From IMG/VR virus record IMGVR_UViG_3300027759_000044: a DNA stretch of 64,000 bases, one strand, 5' to 3'. A program made the position numbers and the translations under genes. Shown here in pieces: positions 1 to 11,038 of this stretch. Positions within the stretch are counted from its first letter, which is position 1, and each line of letters starts with the position of its first letter. The notes under the pieces were generated by a model that saw only the letters and a list, made by a program, of their open reading frames with translations, made no database searches and was not told the DNA's origin. The stretch is from a virus (taxonomy: Duplodnaviria > Caudoviricetes).

Positions 1-507
1 AACTCGGGTGGACAATTAAAAATAACATGTTCACATGCTAATAGCACATCGGGTATTAATTTGTTATTTAATGGTTTAGCAAGTAATGTTGGCACAGTAG
101 TCATGTCCGCACCCACATCAGGAACAGCAACCATTTCAGGAACAGCGTATACTGGTATTTATAAAATTGGTTCTGGTGGAAATGCTCCTACTATTCTTCC
201 CAACAATGGATATTATGCTTTAACAACCAGCAACGCTAATGTGTTCACTCAAACAGCATCAACTGGGCCGGGCGCTTATTTAGCTACCTTTATTCGTGTT
301 ATTGCTAAATCAAATGGTACAGTTGGTTCAAACGGTGACGTGGGTAACGTTGTTACTTTATATACTGTTTGGGATGAAGTTCCGGACGGCGGTCTTGTAG
401 TAGGTACAGGCTCCACTGTTACCGTTACTGCTCAGGCGCCAGAAACAACTAATTTGGCTAACACTTGGGGTACTATTAGTGTTGCGGGATCTGCAACAGG
501 CTCATAA
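1..507 (+). CDS. C-terminal part of a putative virion structural (tail/fibre-associated) protein; frame is open from the left edge of the window
   Basis: Frame 1 has no stop from base 1 (NSGGQLKITCSH...) to TAA at 505-507; Thr/Gly/Ser-rich, beta-strand-like composition. Confidence 0.55.
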   Translation, partial: NSGGQLKITCSHANSTSGINLLFNGLASNVGTVVMSAPTSGTATISGTAYTGIYKIGSGGNAPTILPNNGYYALTTSNANVFTQTASTGPGAYLATFIRVIAKSNGTVGSNGDVGNVVTLYTVWDEVPDGGLVVGTGSTVTVTAQAPETTNLANTWGTISVAGSATGS

Positions 508-554
508 TTTTTAACAACGGAGTTGTATTCATCTAAATACTCGTAGGAGTCTAC

Positions 555-860
555 ATGGATACAAAGTCATTAATAACCGAAGCCAAAGCCCGCTTTAATC
601 ACAATAGCGCAAAAGCATATTTAAAAGACAAATACGATAGTAAATTTATTGTAGCCGATCAAAACGGTTTATGGCGCTCTAATTTAGAAATTATCAACTT
701 CTTAAATTCAACATCAGATTCAGAAGTTATTATTATTGATACCTTCAACAACCCTGTCAAAGTTATTAGACAAGATTTGTTAGATAAACTCAGCACAGTT
801 TATAAAACAACTATGGAAGAATGGTATAACGAATGGGTTGAATTAGAGAAAAACCGATGA
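555..860 (+). CDS. hypothetical phage protein
   Basis: 101-aa ORF with GGAG SD, CTAAATA late-type element at 533-539, ATGA overlap with the next gene. Confidence 0.75.
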   Translation: MDTKSLITEAKARFNHNSAKAYLKDKYDSKFIVADQNGLWRSNLEIINFLNSTSDSEVIIIDTFNNPVKVIRQDLLDKLSTVYKTTMEEWYNEWVELEKNR

Positions 861-1660
861 GCAAGGGTGCATTATTATTTGCGTTTAACTCACCTAAGTA
901 CAACTACTATGATATGGCAGTTGCTACAGCTAAACGCATTAATCATTTTTTAAATTTACCTGTTACAATAGTAACAGATGAAAGTTCTATTCCTGATAAT
1001 AGAAATTATACCTTTGACAAAACTATAACAATAACCCCTGATAAAACTAATAAACGTGATTGGGGTATATGGATTAATAAGGGTAGATATAAAGCATTTG
1101 AATTAAGCCCGTATACCGAAACATTATTGTTAGATACAGATTATATGGTAAACTCATCTAAACTACTAAAAACATTTGATTTACCCACTGATTTCTGCTG
1201 TCACGATACTACTAGTTTTTTAATGCAACCGAGTGTTTCTCAAGAACTGTTAAGTGTTTATAGCTTTAATACATTATGGGCAACTGTAATTAACTTTAAA
1301 AGAACTAAACGGTCAGAACAAATATTTCAATGTTTAGGAATGGTACAAAATAATTTTGAACATTATGCTAATATACATGGATTCATCTCAGCCACGTTTA
1401 GAAATGATTATGGATTAACATTAGCTACACGTATTACTAACGGACATATTATGCCAATTGAAGATATAATTCCTTGGAACTTGTTGCATGTAGGAAAAAA
1501 TACTAGTGTTTATAGAAACAATGACCATGAATTTAATACAGAATATACAGTAATGTTTGATAACTGGCAACGTGGCAAAATTCGTAAAGAATATAATACT
1601 ATCAAAGATACTGACTTTCATGTTATGTCTAAAGAAAACTTTATGGAGCTAATAGCATGA
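857..1660 (+). CDS. putative GT-A-fold glycosyltransferase-like protein
   Basis: LLLDTDY DxD-type motif after a hydrophobic strand, LWATV motif; paralogous in layout to the next gene. Confidence 0.5.
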   Translation: MSKGALLFAFNSPKYNYYDMAVATAKRINHFLNLPVTIVTDESSIPDNRNYTFDKTITITPDKTNKRDWGIWINKGRYKAFELSPYTETLLLDTDYMVNSSKLLKTFDLPTDFCCHDTTSFLMQPSVSQELLSVYSFNTLWATVINFKRTKRSEQIFQCLGMVQNNFEHYANIHGFISATFRNDYGLTLATRITNGHIMPIEDIIPWNLLHVGKNTSVYRNNDHEFNTEYTVMFDNWQRGKIRKEYNTIKDTDFHVMSKENFMELIA

Positions 1661-2406
1661 CTAAAGGATTTGTAATAATGGCACAGGATACTGCTACAGT
1701 AAGTTATACTAACTGTGCTAAAGCATTGGAAAAAAGCATAAAACGTGTCATGCCTAATGCTAACGTTACTATAATTACTACTGATATGTTACCACACGGA
1801 AATTTGGGTGGTTACACAAATGATTGGCAAGTGTATGAAGCAAGCCCGTATGATGAAACTATTAAATTAGAAGCAGATATGTATATTCCACGCAACATTG
1901 ACTATTGGTGGGACGTTCTATCTACACAAGATGTTGTAGTATCAAGTTCTATTAGAAATTATAAGCAAGAACTATCTGATATTAGACTATATCGTAGATT
2001 TATTGATGATAACAATTTACCTGATGCATATAATGCGATAACATATTTTAAAAAATCAGATACGGCTAACCAATTTTTTGATATAGCAAGAAATGTCTTT
2101 GAGAATTGGGATGAGTATAAAAAAATACTAAAGTGTAATCCCGAAGAATTGGCTTCTACAGATTGGGTATATGCCATAGCATGTCATATTGTAGGGGTAG
2201 AAAAAACAATGATGCCGACATTTACTGAAATGTCGATGATTCATATGAAACAATATATTAATGGTACACCAACCGAAAACTGGACAGATACTTTTATATA
2301 TGAATGCTTATCTAATCAAATTAGAATTCAAACTATTCCACAACAATACCCATTTCACTATCATATAAAGAATTTCAGTGCTAAAATATTAGAAGGTATG
2401 AAATGA
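1657..2406 (+). CDS. putative GT-A-fold glycosyltransferase-like protein (paralogue of 857..1660)
   Basis: SPYDETIKLEADMY matches SPYTETLLLDTDY of the upstream gene; translationally coupled. Confidence 0.5.
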   Translation: MTKGFVIMAQDTATVSYTNCAKALEKSIKRVMPNANVTIITTDMLPHGNLGGYTNDWQVYEASPYDETIKLEADMYIPRNIDYWWDVLSTQDVVVSSSIRNYKQELSDIRLYRRFIDDNNLPDAYNAITYFKKSDTANQFFDIARNVFENWDEYKKILKCNPEELASTDWVYAIACHIVGVEKTMMPTFTEMSMIHMKQYINGTPTENWTDTFIYECLSNQIRIQTIPQQYPFHYHIKNFSAKILEGMK

Positions 2407-2759
2407 CTACGTCCAATGATGAAAAAGATTACATTATACTATGGGAACAACCTAAGTTAGAACCACCGGAATTTAGATTGTATTACGATGATAACGGTAA
2501 TGTAATATATTATAATGGAGATAAATCTGGTATCGGTAATTACATTGTTATTGATGCTCTTACCTTTGCGGCCGCAAGACATGATATAAAAGTTATTGAC
2601 AATAAAATATCTACTGTTGCGGCCAATGCGGTAATACATAAATTAATGCCAAATGATATTGAAGGTATAGAGTGTCATCTTGAAGATATAAGTGTAGTAG
2701 TTGATAATACATATACTGATAAAAACAAAAAATGGAAATTAACAACATATGAACTTTGA
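2403..2759 (+). CDS. hypothetical protein
   Basis: 118-aa ORF coupled by ATGA overlap in the operon. Confidence 0.65.
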   Translation: MTTSNDEKDYIILWEQPKLEPPEFRLYYDDNGNVIYYNGDKSGIGNYIVIDALTFAAARHDIKVIDNKISTVAANAVIHKLMPNDIEGIECHLEDISVVVDNTYTDKNKKWKLTTYEL

Positions 2760-3702
2760 AGATATTATTGATGTAGCAGATTTAGACTGTATCTATCTTA
2801 GTTATGATGAACCACAGAAAGAAGAATTTTGGCTGAAAATTAAGAACATGGTACCTTGGGCAAAACGGGTTGATAGTATTAAAGGCAGTGATGCCGCACA
2901 TAAAGCGGCAGGGGAAGCAAGCGATACTGAACGTTTCATTTTAATTGACGGCGATAATATGCCTAACGAAAGTTTCTTTAATCTACAATTAGACTTCACT
3001 GGCAAAGACCCTAACTATAAGATAGCACAATATCGTTGGAAAGCAATTAACAATATCAATGGACTACGCTATGGTAATGGCGGAATGAGTTCTTGGACAA
3101 AAACTTATGTGCGTGAGATGAAAACACATGAGCATCAAACTGAGGGTGATGTTTCACGAATCGCTGACTTTTGTTTAGACAGCAAAGATAACTTATACTG
3201 GACAATGTATGATTGCTACTCTACTACTTATCCTAATTATACTCCGTTTCAAGCGTGGCGAGCTGGATTCAGAGAAGGAGTAAAAATGGTTCTTGACCAT
3301 GGTGCCAAACCCACAGTTGATGCACTAAAAGAAACGGTTGCCAGTCGCAATCTCAACAACTTAACAATCTGGCACAACATCGGTCGTGATGTAGAGAACG
3401 GTGAGTGGGCTATTTACGGAGCACGTCTTGGTACATATATGACCATGCTTACTGAGTGGGATCCTGCTAATGTACAATGGTTTGATAACTATACAGTACT
3501 ATGGGAAGAACATTTACATAGAGATCCTGACCGTGAATCGGCATTACTTGGAGCCGCACTACATGACAAGTTGGGACTACCAATGAATCATTTTGATGGA
3601 GGACAAAGCAAGTTCTTCAAGCGTCATTATAGTGCTGATAAATATAATCTCGGGCCGTTAGTCAAAGAGATGGATGTTATTAGAAAAATAGAAGGTTGGT
3701 GA
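2749..3702 (+). CDS. GT2-like (GT-A) glycosyltransferase
   Basis: N-terminal strand DCIYLSYDE, FILIDGDN DxD motif, NGLRYGNGG motif. Confidence 0.55.
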   Translation: MNFEDIIDVADLDCIYLSYDEPQKEEFWLKIKNMVPWAKRVDSIKGSDAAHKAAGEASDTERFILIDGDNMPNESFFNLQLDFTGKDPNYKIAQYRWKAINNINGLRYGNGGMSSWTKTYVREMKTHEHQTEGDVSRIADFCLDSKDNLYWTMYDCYSTTYPNYTPFQAWRAGFREGVKMVLDHGAKPTVDALKETVASRNLNNLTIWHNIGRDVENGEWAIYGARLGTYMTMLTEWDPANVQWFDNYTVLWEEHLHRDPDRESALLGAALHDKLGLPMNHFDGGQSKFFKRHYSADKYNLGPLVKEMDVIRKIEGW

Positions 3703-3703
3703 T

Positions 3704-5131
3704 ATGAGTGAAAATATTAAAGGTGATGAAATTGGCAAAGTTGATGGCAAATTTCAAAGCTTATATCAAAACTCATCTGAACACGTATTAAAAGAACTTA
3801 ACAACGTAAGCCCAAGCTTTTGTTTAGCTAAATGGTATAATGTAAGCATTCATATCCCTACTGGTAGAACACATAGTTGTTATCATCCTCCCACACATCC
3901 TATCCCAATTGAAGAAGTAAAAATTGATGTAAGCGCATTACATAATACCAAATATAAAAAAGAACAACGTAAGCTGATGTTGGAAGGTAAACGTCCTTCT
4001 GAATGTAATTTTTGCTGGGAGATAGAAGATAGTGGTAACCAGTTAAGCGATAGGGCATATAGAAGTAAAGATGTATTTGCTCCGGGTATAATTGGTGAAG
4101 CCATACAAATTGGTTATGAAGGTAATCCTAAGCCTAGATATGTAGAAGTTAACTTTAATCAAGCATGTAATTTTAAATGCACCTACTGTAGCCCACACTT
4201 ATCATCCGCATGGATGCAAGATATTGAAAAGAATGGGGCTTTTATTCTATCCGATCATTGGCATAATGATATGACTTGGATGAAAGAATCCAATATGATT
4301 CCAAACAACAGGTCAGATAATCAATATATTGAAGCATTTTGGGAATGGTTACCTGACATTTATCCCACACTACAAACATTTCGTATGACCGGCGGTGAGC
4401 CATTAATGGATAAGAATACATTTAAGATGTTTGAGTATGTAAAAGATCATCCAAAAAAAGATTTACAACTAAGTCTGACTAGTAACTGTTGTCCACCTGA
4501 AGGACAGTGGGATAGATTTATGAATGGTTTAAAAAATATTACTGATGCTGATGCTGTGGATCACTTTATGTTATTCTGTAGTTTAGACAGTTGGGGCAAG
4601 CAAGCTGAATATATCCGTACTGGAATGGATTTTGAACTATTAGAAAAGAATATTATTGACTTTTTAATCAATAGTAAAAAACATAGTTTGACTTTTATTG
4701 TAACGTTTAACGCATTAAGTTATACAGGCTGGTTAGAGTATGTTAAACAAATACATAACATGCGTAAGACATATTGTACTGATAGGCAACTGATTTGGTT
4801 TGATGTTCCGATGTTATCTAGCCCCGAATGGCTTAATCCTAGAATTTTTCCTGAACTTATTACGGAGCTTGAAAAATCTGTTAAGTATATGCTTGAACAC
4901 AAAGAAGCTGACCACAATAGATTTAAAGGCTTCAAAGATTTTGAAATCAACAAAGTTGAAAGACTTATTGATTGGGTAAAAACTGAAAACAATTTTGACA
5001 GAAGTTTAGCAATGAAAAACTTTTATATGTACTTTACCGAACATGATAAACGTAGAGAAACAAACTTTTTAGAAACTTTCCCCGAATTAACTGAACAATG
5101 GAATAAATGTAAGGACGAACATGGACGATAG
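3704..5131 (+). CDS. radical SAM protein with N-terminal twitch/SPASM-like Cys domain
   Basis: CNFKCTYC (CxxxCxxC), MTGGEP, SLDSWG; N-terminal FC...HSCYH...CNFCW. Confidence 0.85.
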   Translation: MSENIKGDEIGKVDGKFQSLYQNSSEHVLKELNNVSPSFCLAKWYNVSIHIPTGRTHSCYHPPTHPIPIEEVKIDVSALHNTKYKKEQRKLMLEGKRPSECNFCWEIEDSGNQLSDRAYRSKDVFAPGIIGEAIQIGYEGNPKPRYVEVNFNQACNFKCTYCSPHLSSAWMQDIEKNGAFILSDHWHNDMTWMKESNMIPNNRSDNQYIEAFWEWLPDIYPTLQTFRMTGGEPLMDKNTFKMFEYVKDHPKKDLQLSLTSNCCPPEGQWDRFMNGLKNITDADAVDHFMLFCSLDSWGKQAEYIRTGMDFELLEKNIIDFLINSKKHSLTFIVTFNALSYTGWLEYVKQIHNMRKTYCTDRQLIWFDVPMLSSPEWLNPRIFPELITELEKSVKYMLEHKEADHNRFKGFKDFEINKVERLIDWVKTENNFDRSLAMKNFYMYFTEHDKRRETNFLETFPELTEQWNKCKDEHGR

Positions 5132-6479
5132 AGTTGTATTTGTAAAAAGCGTAAGAGATAGATTAAACACAGTAAGCCCAAGCTTCTGTGCGATGAAATG
5201 GTTACACCAAACATTGTATCTACACACCGGTGATAATCATAGCTGTTATCATCCTAGACCACATCATATCCCGCTAGATGAGATTGCCGTTGACCCAAGT
5301 GCATTGCATAACACTAAGTGGAAAAAAAAACAACGTAAAAAGATGTTAGAAGGTGAGCGTCCGGATGAATGTTACTATTGCTGGAATATTGAAGACCTTG
5401 AAGGAGATCATATCAGTGATAGGATGATACATAGCGCAAGCGATTTTAGTGAACCATTCATTGAAAAACTAGCACAAATGCCATGGGATGCACCTGTTAA
5501 TCCACGTTATTTGGAAGTAAGTTTTGGTAATGCGTGTAATTATCGGTGTGGTTATTGTAGCCCGCAAGCTAGCACAATGTGGATGGAAGAAATTAAAAAA
5601 CATGGTAACTATGATTTAACATACAATCAATATGGTATTGATTTTTTAACATCAGGTACATATTATGGACCTAAAGAAGAAAACCCATATATTGAAGCAT
5701 TTTGGAAATGGTGGCCTAGCTTAAGAAATGATTTACATACATTACGTATTACAGGTGGAGAACCATTAATGAATCCTGGTGCTATGCAGTTCTTTGACTT
5801 GTTAGAGGATGAACCCGCGCCAAACTTAGAAATAACATTGAATAGTAACTTGGGAGTTACATTTGATAGAGTTGATAGATTGATTGAACGTGTAGGATCA
5901 TTAACATCACAAAATAAAATACGTAAGTTTAGTTTTTTTACAAGCATTGAAGGTTGGGGAGAGCAAGCTGAATATATGCGTACAGGTATGAAGTGCGACC
6001 ATTGGGAAAGAAATATGAGAGCTGTTATGAAAACCGGCGCAACTATTAACTTGATGTGTACATTCAATGTATTATGTGTAGCAACATTTGAAAAGTTGTT
6101 ACATAAGGTTATTGAATGGCGTAAAGAGTTTGGTAAACATAGTGTTGGTCTTGATACTCCGTATTTGAAAGAACCACCCCATTGGATGATTAACATATTG
6201 ACACCTGATTTTATTCCATATATGGATAAGACGTTGAAGTTCATTCAGGATAATCCAGAACACTTTCATGCAGTAGAATATGAAAAATTTAAACGTGTTA
6301 CAAATTATATGAAAGAGCATGTGATTAGTGAAGACAAGATCCGCGCTGGACGTAGAGATTTCTATAGTTTCTTTACTGAGAATGATAAACGTTTGGGTAC
6401 GGATTTAATTAAAACATTCCCTGAATATAAAGACTTCTATGATTTGTGTAAGGATGTTTATGACAACTATGATAAATGA
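5121..6479 (+). CDS. radical SAM protein with N-terminal twitch-like domain (close paralogue of 3704..5131)
   Basis: CNYRCGYC, ITGGEP; shared SPSFC..KW, HSCYHP, SALHNT, QAEY.RTG motifs. Confidence 0.85.
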   Translation: MDDRVVFVKSVRDRLNTVSPSFCAMKWLHQTLYLHTGDNHSCYHPRPHHIPLDEIAVDPSALHNTKWKKKQRKKMLEGERPDECYYCWNIEDLEGDHISDRMIHSASDFSEPFIEKLAQMPWDAPVNPRYLEVSFGNACNYRCGYCSPQASTMWMEEIKKHGNYDLTYNQYGIDFLTSGTYYGPKEENPYIEAFWKWWPSLRNDLHTLRITGGEPLMNPGAMQFFDLLEDEPAPNLEITLNSNLGVTFDRVDRLIERVGSLTSQNKIRKFSFFTSIEGWGEQAEYMRTGMKCDHWERNMRAVMKTGATINLMCTFNVLCVATFEKLLHKVIEWRKEFGKHSVGLDTPYLKEPPHWMINILTPDFIPYMDKTLKFIQDNPEHFHAVEYEKFKRVTNYMKEHVISEDKIRAGRRDFYSFFTENDKRLGTDLIKTFPEYKDFYDLCKDVYDNYDK

Positions 6480-7692
6480 AAATAATAAACATTCATGGTG
6501 TGTAAATGCATACCATGCTCTTAGTGCTAACAATGACGGTAGTACTAAAACATGTTGTATGATCGGGGAGGAATACAATAAATTATCTAAAACTTCTAAT
6601 GAATACTACATTGGAGTCAAAAGTATTAAAGAAAACTTTGACTGTGACGCCGCACAAAATCTTAGAGATAATCTTTCAAGGGGTATAAAAGATAATTCCT
6701 GTCGTCTATGTTGGCAAGAAGAAGAAGGCGGGAGAAAAAGTAAACGTCTACGTGATAATGAAAAATACCTACATGCTATTGAATTTGATGGTCAGGCTCC
6801 GTTTACAGGACTTGCTAAGGTAGAATTAAACTTAGGTAACAACTGTAACATTAAATGTAGAACATGTCATCCTACAATTAGTTCTACCTGGATGAAAGAG
6901 GCATTTGATTTGGATCACGCACCCCGCGGCACTACATATAAAACATTTAGTGTAGGTATGAAAAAGTATCACCAACATTATGATGATGATAGCAGTTTTT
7001 GGCCTGATCTTATTGAAAACTTAGAAACAATTAAACAATTTGATTTTTATGGTGGCGAACCTTTCTTAAGCAAAAAGATGTGGGAAATATTACGTATATG
7101 TGTTGAACGTGGATACGCCAAGGACATTGAGCTACATTATAATACAAATGGAACAGTATGGCCTAAAGATATTGAGTTATGGAAACACTTTCGCTCAGTG
7201 AATATTAGCTTTAGCATTGATGGTATTGGTGAACGTTTTGAATATATGCGTTATCCTGCAAATTGGCAAGAAGTTAGAGCAAATATGAAAAAAGCTGTAG
7301 ACTTTAATATTGAACATAATAACTTATCATTAAGTTGGTGTATGACTTTAAGTAGTCTAAACATATATTATTTGCCTGAACTATTAGATGAGTATTACAA
7401 AAACTGGACAAGTATGGGATTCTATTTGAATTTAGTTCATAATCCAAATCATTTCAATATAAGCAAAATGTCACCTGAAGCTAAACAAGCCGCATTAGAA
7501 CAACTAAACAGTATTCCAAAAGAATATGAAAATGCATGGTATCAACTTCCCGGTATTATTGGGTTTATGATGGCCGGGGAATATGATCCCACAACATGGA
7601 ATTATATGCTTAAAACAATAGATAAGCATGACAAATATAGAGAGCAAGATTATGCTAAAACATTTAGTGATTTTTCAAAGGCAATAAGATGA
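6460..7692 (+). CDS. radical SAM protein with N-terminal twitch-like domain
   Basis: CNIKCRTC, FYGGEP, YNTNG, SIDG; AAGGA SD before ATG 6460. Confidence 0.85.
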   Translation: MTTMINENNKHSWCVNAYHALSANNDGSTKTCCMIGEEYNKLSKTSNEYYIGVKSIKENFDCDAAQNLRDNLSRGIKDNSCRLCWQEEEGGRKSKRLRDNEKYLHAIEFDGQAPFTGLAKVELNLGNNCNIKCRTCHPTISSTWMKEAFDLDHAPRGTTYKTFSVGMKKYHQHYDDDSSFWPDLIENLETIKQFDFYGGEPFLSKKMWEILRICVERGYAKDIELHYNTNGTVWPKDIELWKHFRSVNISFSIDGIGERFEYMRYPANWQEVRANMKKAVDFNIEHNNLSLSWCMTLSSLNIYYLPELLDEYYKNWTSMGFYLNLVHNPNHFNISKMSPEAKQAALEQLNSIPKEYENAWYQLPGIIGFMMAGEYDPTTWNYMLKTIDKHDKYREQDYAKTFSDFSKAIR

Positions 7693-8981
7693 GTGAACAA
7701 TTCTGGAAATCTAATAACTTAATGCAGATGCACATTGAGTTAACTAATTTATGTAACGCAGCCTGTCCTATGTGTGTTAGATTTTATAACAATAGTCCAC
7801 ATACTAGACCTGATTTAGAATTTGGACAAATCACTATTGATAAGTTTAAAAAATATTTCCCACCAGAAATTATTCGTAAATGTAATCTTATTTTATTTTG
7901 CGGCGTGCACGGAGATCCATGTATTGCTAAAGATATGTATGAGATATGTGAATATATCTATGAATGTTCTGAAACTACTGCTGTGCGTGTTAATACCAAT
8001 GGGGGTATGCGTAAAAGTGATTGGTGGGCTAAACTAGGCGCATTGTTTGCTAAACGAAAAAAGAGTTTAGCCGACGATTTTTGGGAAATTATATTTAGTA
8101 TTGATGGGTTAGAAGATACCAATCATTTATATCGTAGAAACGTAGAATGGTCAGCATTGATGGAAAATGTTAAGGCATTCGTTAATGCAGGTGGAGGAGC
8201 ATCTTGGGATTATTTGATATTTAAGCATAATGAACATCAAATACAAGAGGCAAAACGTTTTAGTGAACAGATTGGCTTTAGAGAGTTTATCCCTAAAAAA
8301 GCTTTGGGTGTAAGCTATGATGTTGAGAATAAGTTGACCATCATGCCTGTATTGAATAAAGAAGGTGAATTAGATTATACAATTGAATCACCTGTTAATC
8401 CAGAAAATAGAAACTTACCTAATGCTGATGGCACCTTACCATTAATGTATTGGCCCTTTAAGGTTGATGAATATCGCAAACTTAAAGATGATAAAGAATC
8501 TATAAGAATGAATTATGATATCAACGCTGATTCAATTTATCAGACTGCAATTAATAATAAAAACTTTGATGAGCAAGATTCATGTAGTATTATTTGCAAA
8601 TCCAAGACACCATTAGGCGGCAAAGAAATATTTGTTGATAACTTTGGCAGAGTTATGCCTTGTTGTTATATCGGGACACACTTAAATGGTAAATATAATG
8701 ATATTGCATCCATGCAATTATACAATCATATGAATCAATATGGCTGGGAGCATTTTAGTTTAGATACACATACATTAGAAGAAATACTTGATGCCGGACA
8801 CTTAGATAGAGTATTTGCTGATTCATGGAAGAAAGACTCAGTTAAGAATGGTAAATTAGCATATTGTGCTAATACATGCGGTAAGAAATCAGCTATTGAT
8901 AAAATATTTTCACATGAATTGAATGATAAAGCTAGTCAAATGGAAAAGTTTAGAACACAAAATGAACATAGAGTTGATTGA
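7689..8981 (+). CDS. radical SAM protein with C-terminal SPASM/twitch domain
   Basis: CNAACPMC, GVHGDP, VNTNG, FSIDG; C-terminal GRVMPCCY...CANTC. Confidence 0.85.
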   Translation: MSEQFWKSNNLMQMHIELTNLCNAACPMCVRFYNNSPHTRPDLEFGQITIDKFKKYFPPEIIRKCNLILFCGVHGDPCIAKDMYEICEYIYECSETTAVRVNTNGGMRKSDWWAKLGALFAKRKKSLADDFWEIIFSIDGLEDTNHLYRRNVEWSALMENVKAFVNAGGGASWDYLIFKHNEHQIQEAKRFSEQIGFREFIPKKALGVSYDVENKLTIMPVLNKEGELDYTIESPVNPENRNLPNADGTLPLMYWPFKVDEYRKLKDDKESIRMNYDINADSIYQTAINNKNFDEQDSCSIICKSKTPLGGKEIFVDNFGRVMPCCYIGTHLNGKYNDIASMQLYNHMNQYGWEHFSLDTHTLEEILDAGHLDRVFADSWKKDSVKNGKLAYCANTCGKKSAIDKIFSHELNDKASQMEKFRTQNEHRVD

Positions 8982-11038
8982 TGGACAGCAAAAAACAGTC
9001 AGGATATAAAAAACTATTTACATTAAAAGTATCTAATCCTAAACCCAAAGTTGATACTGATTTTGATGATAAACATACTAAAGTTATGGCAGCAATATTG
9101 CCATATGCTAGAATTAAACCACAAAAAAACTTAATTGATGTTGCTACTGAGGATATAAGTCGTAAAACAAGTGTAATGTATATGTTATTGCCTCAATGGG
9201 CAAAGATGTTCGCACCCTATAATGTAGCCAGACTTGTTGCCCTAACCAAAGCCGCTGGGTATAGAACCACCGCAGTTGATTTAAATGCTAAAGCAGGACA
9301 AGAATATTCTAAATGGGATATTGACTTTGATCCATGGAGTAGTGCAAGAGAATGGAAATGGTTAGAAAACACATATCATACAGAGCTACATAAACACTTA
9401 GAACCTTTGTTAGAAAAATACTTAGACTATATCGGTGAAGTTAAACCCGATGTTATTGGCTTTAGTATATATTATTGTAACGAAGAACCAACTAAGTGGA
9501 TGGCAAAAGAAATAAAAAAACGTTATCCGAACATTGTTATAATGGTAGGAGGTCCGCAATGTCATCAGAGTTATTGGACACCCATACCTGAGTTTGATTA
9601 CATAGTATCAGGTGAGGGTGAAAAGATGGTGTTAGAGATACTAGAAGAAATAGAATCTGGTGTAAGACCAACGGAACAAAAATGGTTAAGACAAGAAGAG
9701 GGTCAACGATTAAACTTAGATGCATTACCTAGACCTGATTACAGTCATTTCAACTTTAGAGAATATGCAATGCCCAATGGTGCAAACGCAGAACTAAGTA
9801 GAGGGTGTGTAGCTAAATGTGTGTTTTGTAGTGAGACACACTTTTGGAAATTTAGAGGAAGGCAAGCAACATCTATTATAGATGAAGTAAGTGATTTATA
9901 TCACAACTATGGAATTGATGTTATTTGGTTTTTAGATAGTTTAGTTAACGGCAATCTTAATGAACTTAGAGCATTTGCTAAGGGTGTTGTAGCTAGAGGA
10001 TTAAAAATACATTGGACCGGATACGCAAGATGTGATGGTCGTATGGATTTAACTTACTTAAAAGACCTAGCGGATTCCGGATGTTTAAGTTTAAGCTATG
10101 GTATTGAATCAGGATCAAATAAAGTATTAAAAGCTATGGATAAGGGAGTTACTGTTGAAGAAATAGAACAGAACTTAAGAGATGGAACTATAGTAGGAAT
10201 AGAAGCATTCACTAATTGGATTGTAGGTTTTCCGGCAGAAGAACACCAAGACTTCTATGAAACACTGACCTTAATTTGGAGAAATAGAAACAACAATATT
10301 ACAGATATTGCCGGTGGACATGGGTTTACTATTCCTCCGGATACCATTGTAGGACAAGCATCAGAACAATATGGAATCATTAAAGCTTATTACTTAAACA
10401 ATTGGATTAAGGAAGACTTTACCAATAGTAAACTACATAGATTAGTTAGAGTAAAGACGTTCAACATACTATTACACTATCTTGTAACCAAGCTTGATAT
10501 GGGTTGTAGTGGTATGAGACCAACAATTGAATCATTTTATACTCTTAATGTTAAAAACAACACACCACTAGAGATGGAGTTTGAGTCATTTGATTTCAAT
10601 ATAATCAATACAGGTAATAATTTTGCTGATTCATTGATGAATGAAATATGGCCTTTGTTAAGACTGTTTTGGAAAGCACAGGGCGCATATGATATTGAGA
10701 TTATATTTGACCCAGCCCAGGATTTAAATGAGTTTAGTGATAGATTAGCAGGAAACTATTCAGCTAGTTATAAGTTCTCAATAGATGAGAATGGTAATTG
10801 GAATGCTAATTTTGATTGTGTTTATAAGCAAGATGATAATGCATGGAGATATTCGGATTATTCGAGAGCAGATTCAGTTGCAGCCTCACGTGCTAGACAA
10901 TTAGCAGAACCAGACTCTGGTGGCATAAGTACCTGGACAATGGAAAAATATAAAAAACATATGACATTGTTAGATGAGTTAATATTAGTAGATTTCTCAT
11001 TTGAACACAAATACATTAGTAATGGAATTTGGAACTAA
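8978..11038 (+). CDS. cobalamin (B12)-binding radical SAM protein (class B methylase-like)
   Basis: B12-binding domain (PDVIGFS...VMVGGP...DYIVSGEGE) followed by SRGCVAKCVFC and GIESGS. Confidence 0.85.
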   Translation: MMDSKKQSGYKKLFTLKVSNPKPKVDTDFDDKHTKVMAAILPYARIKPQKNLIDVATEDISRKTSVMYMLLPQWAKMFAPYNVARLVALTKAAGYRTTAVDLNAKAGQEYSKWDIDFDPWSSAREWKWLENTYHTELHKHLEPLLEKYLDYIGEVKPDVIGFSIYYCNEEPTKWMAKEIKKRYPNIVIMVGGPQCHQSYWTPIPEFDYIVSGEGEKMVLEILEEIESGVRPTEQKWLRQEEGQRLNLDALPRPDYSHFNFREYAMPNGANAELSRGCVAKCVFCSETHFWKFRGRQATSIIDEVSDLYHNYGIDVIWFLDSLVNGNLNELRAFAKGVVARGLKIHWTGYARCDGRMDLTYLKDLADSGCLSLSYGIESGSNKVLKAMDKGVTVEEIEQNLRDGTIVGIEAFTNWIVGFPAEEHQDFYETLTLIWRNRNNNITDIAGGHGFTIPPDTIVGQASEQYGIIKAYYLNNWIKEDFTNSKLHRLVRVKTFNILLHYLVTKLDMGCSGMRPTIESFYTLNVKNNTPLEMEFESFDFNIINTGNNFADSLMNEIWPLLRLFWKAQGAYDIEIIFDPAQDLNEFSDRLAGNYSASYKFSIDENGNWNANFDCVYKQDDNAWRYSDYSRADSVAASRARQLAEPDSGGISTWTMEKYKKHMTLLDELILVDFSFEHKYISNGIWN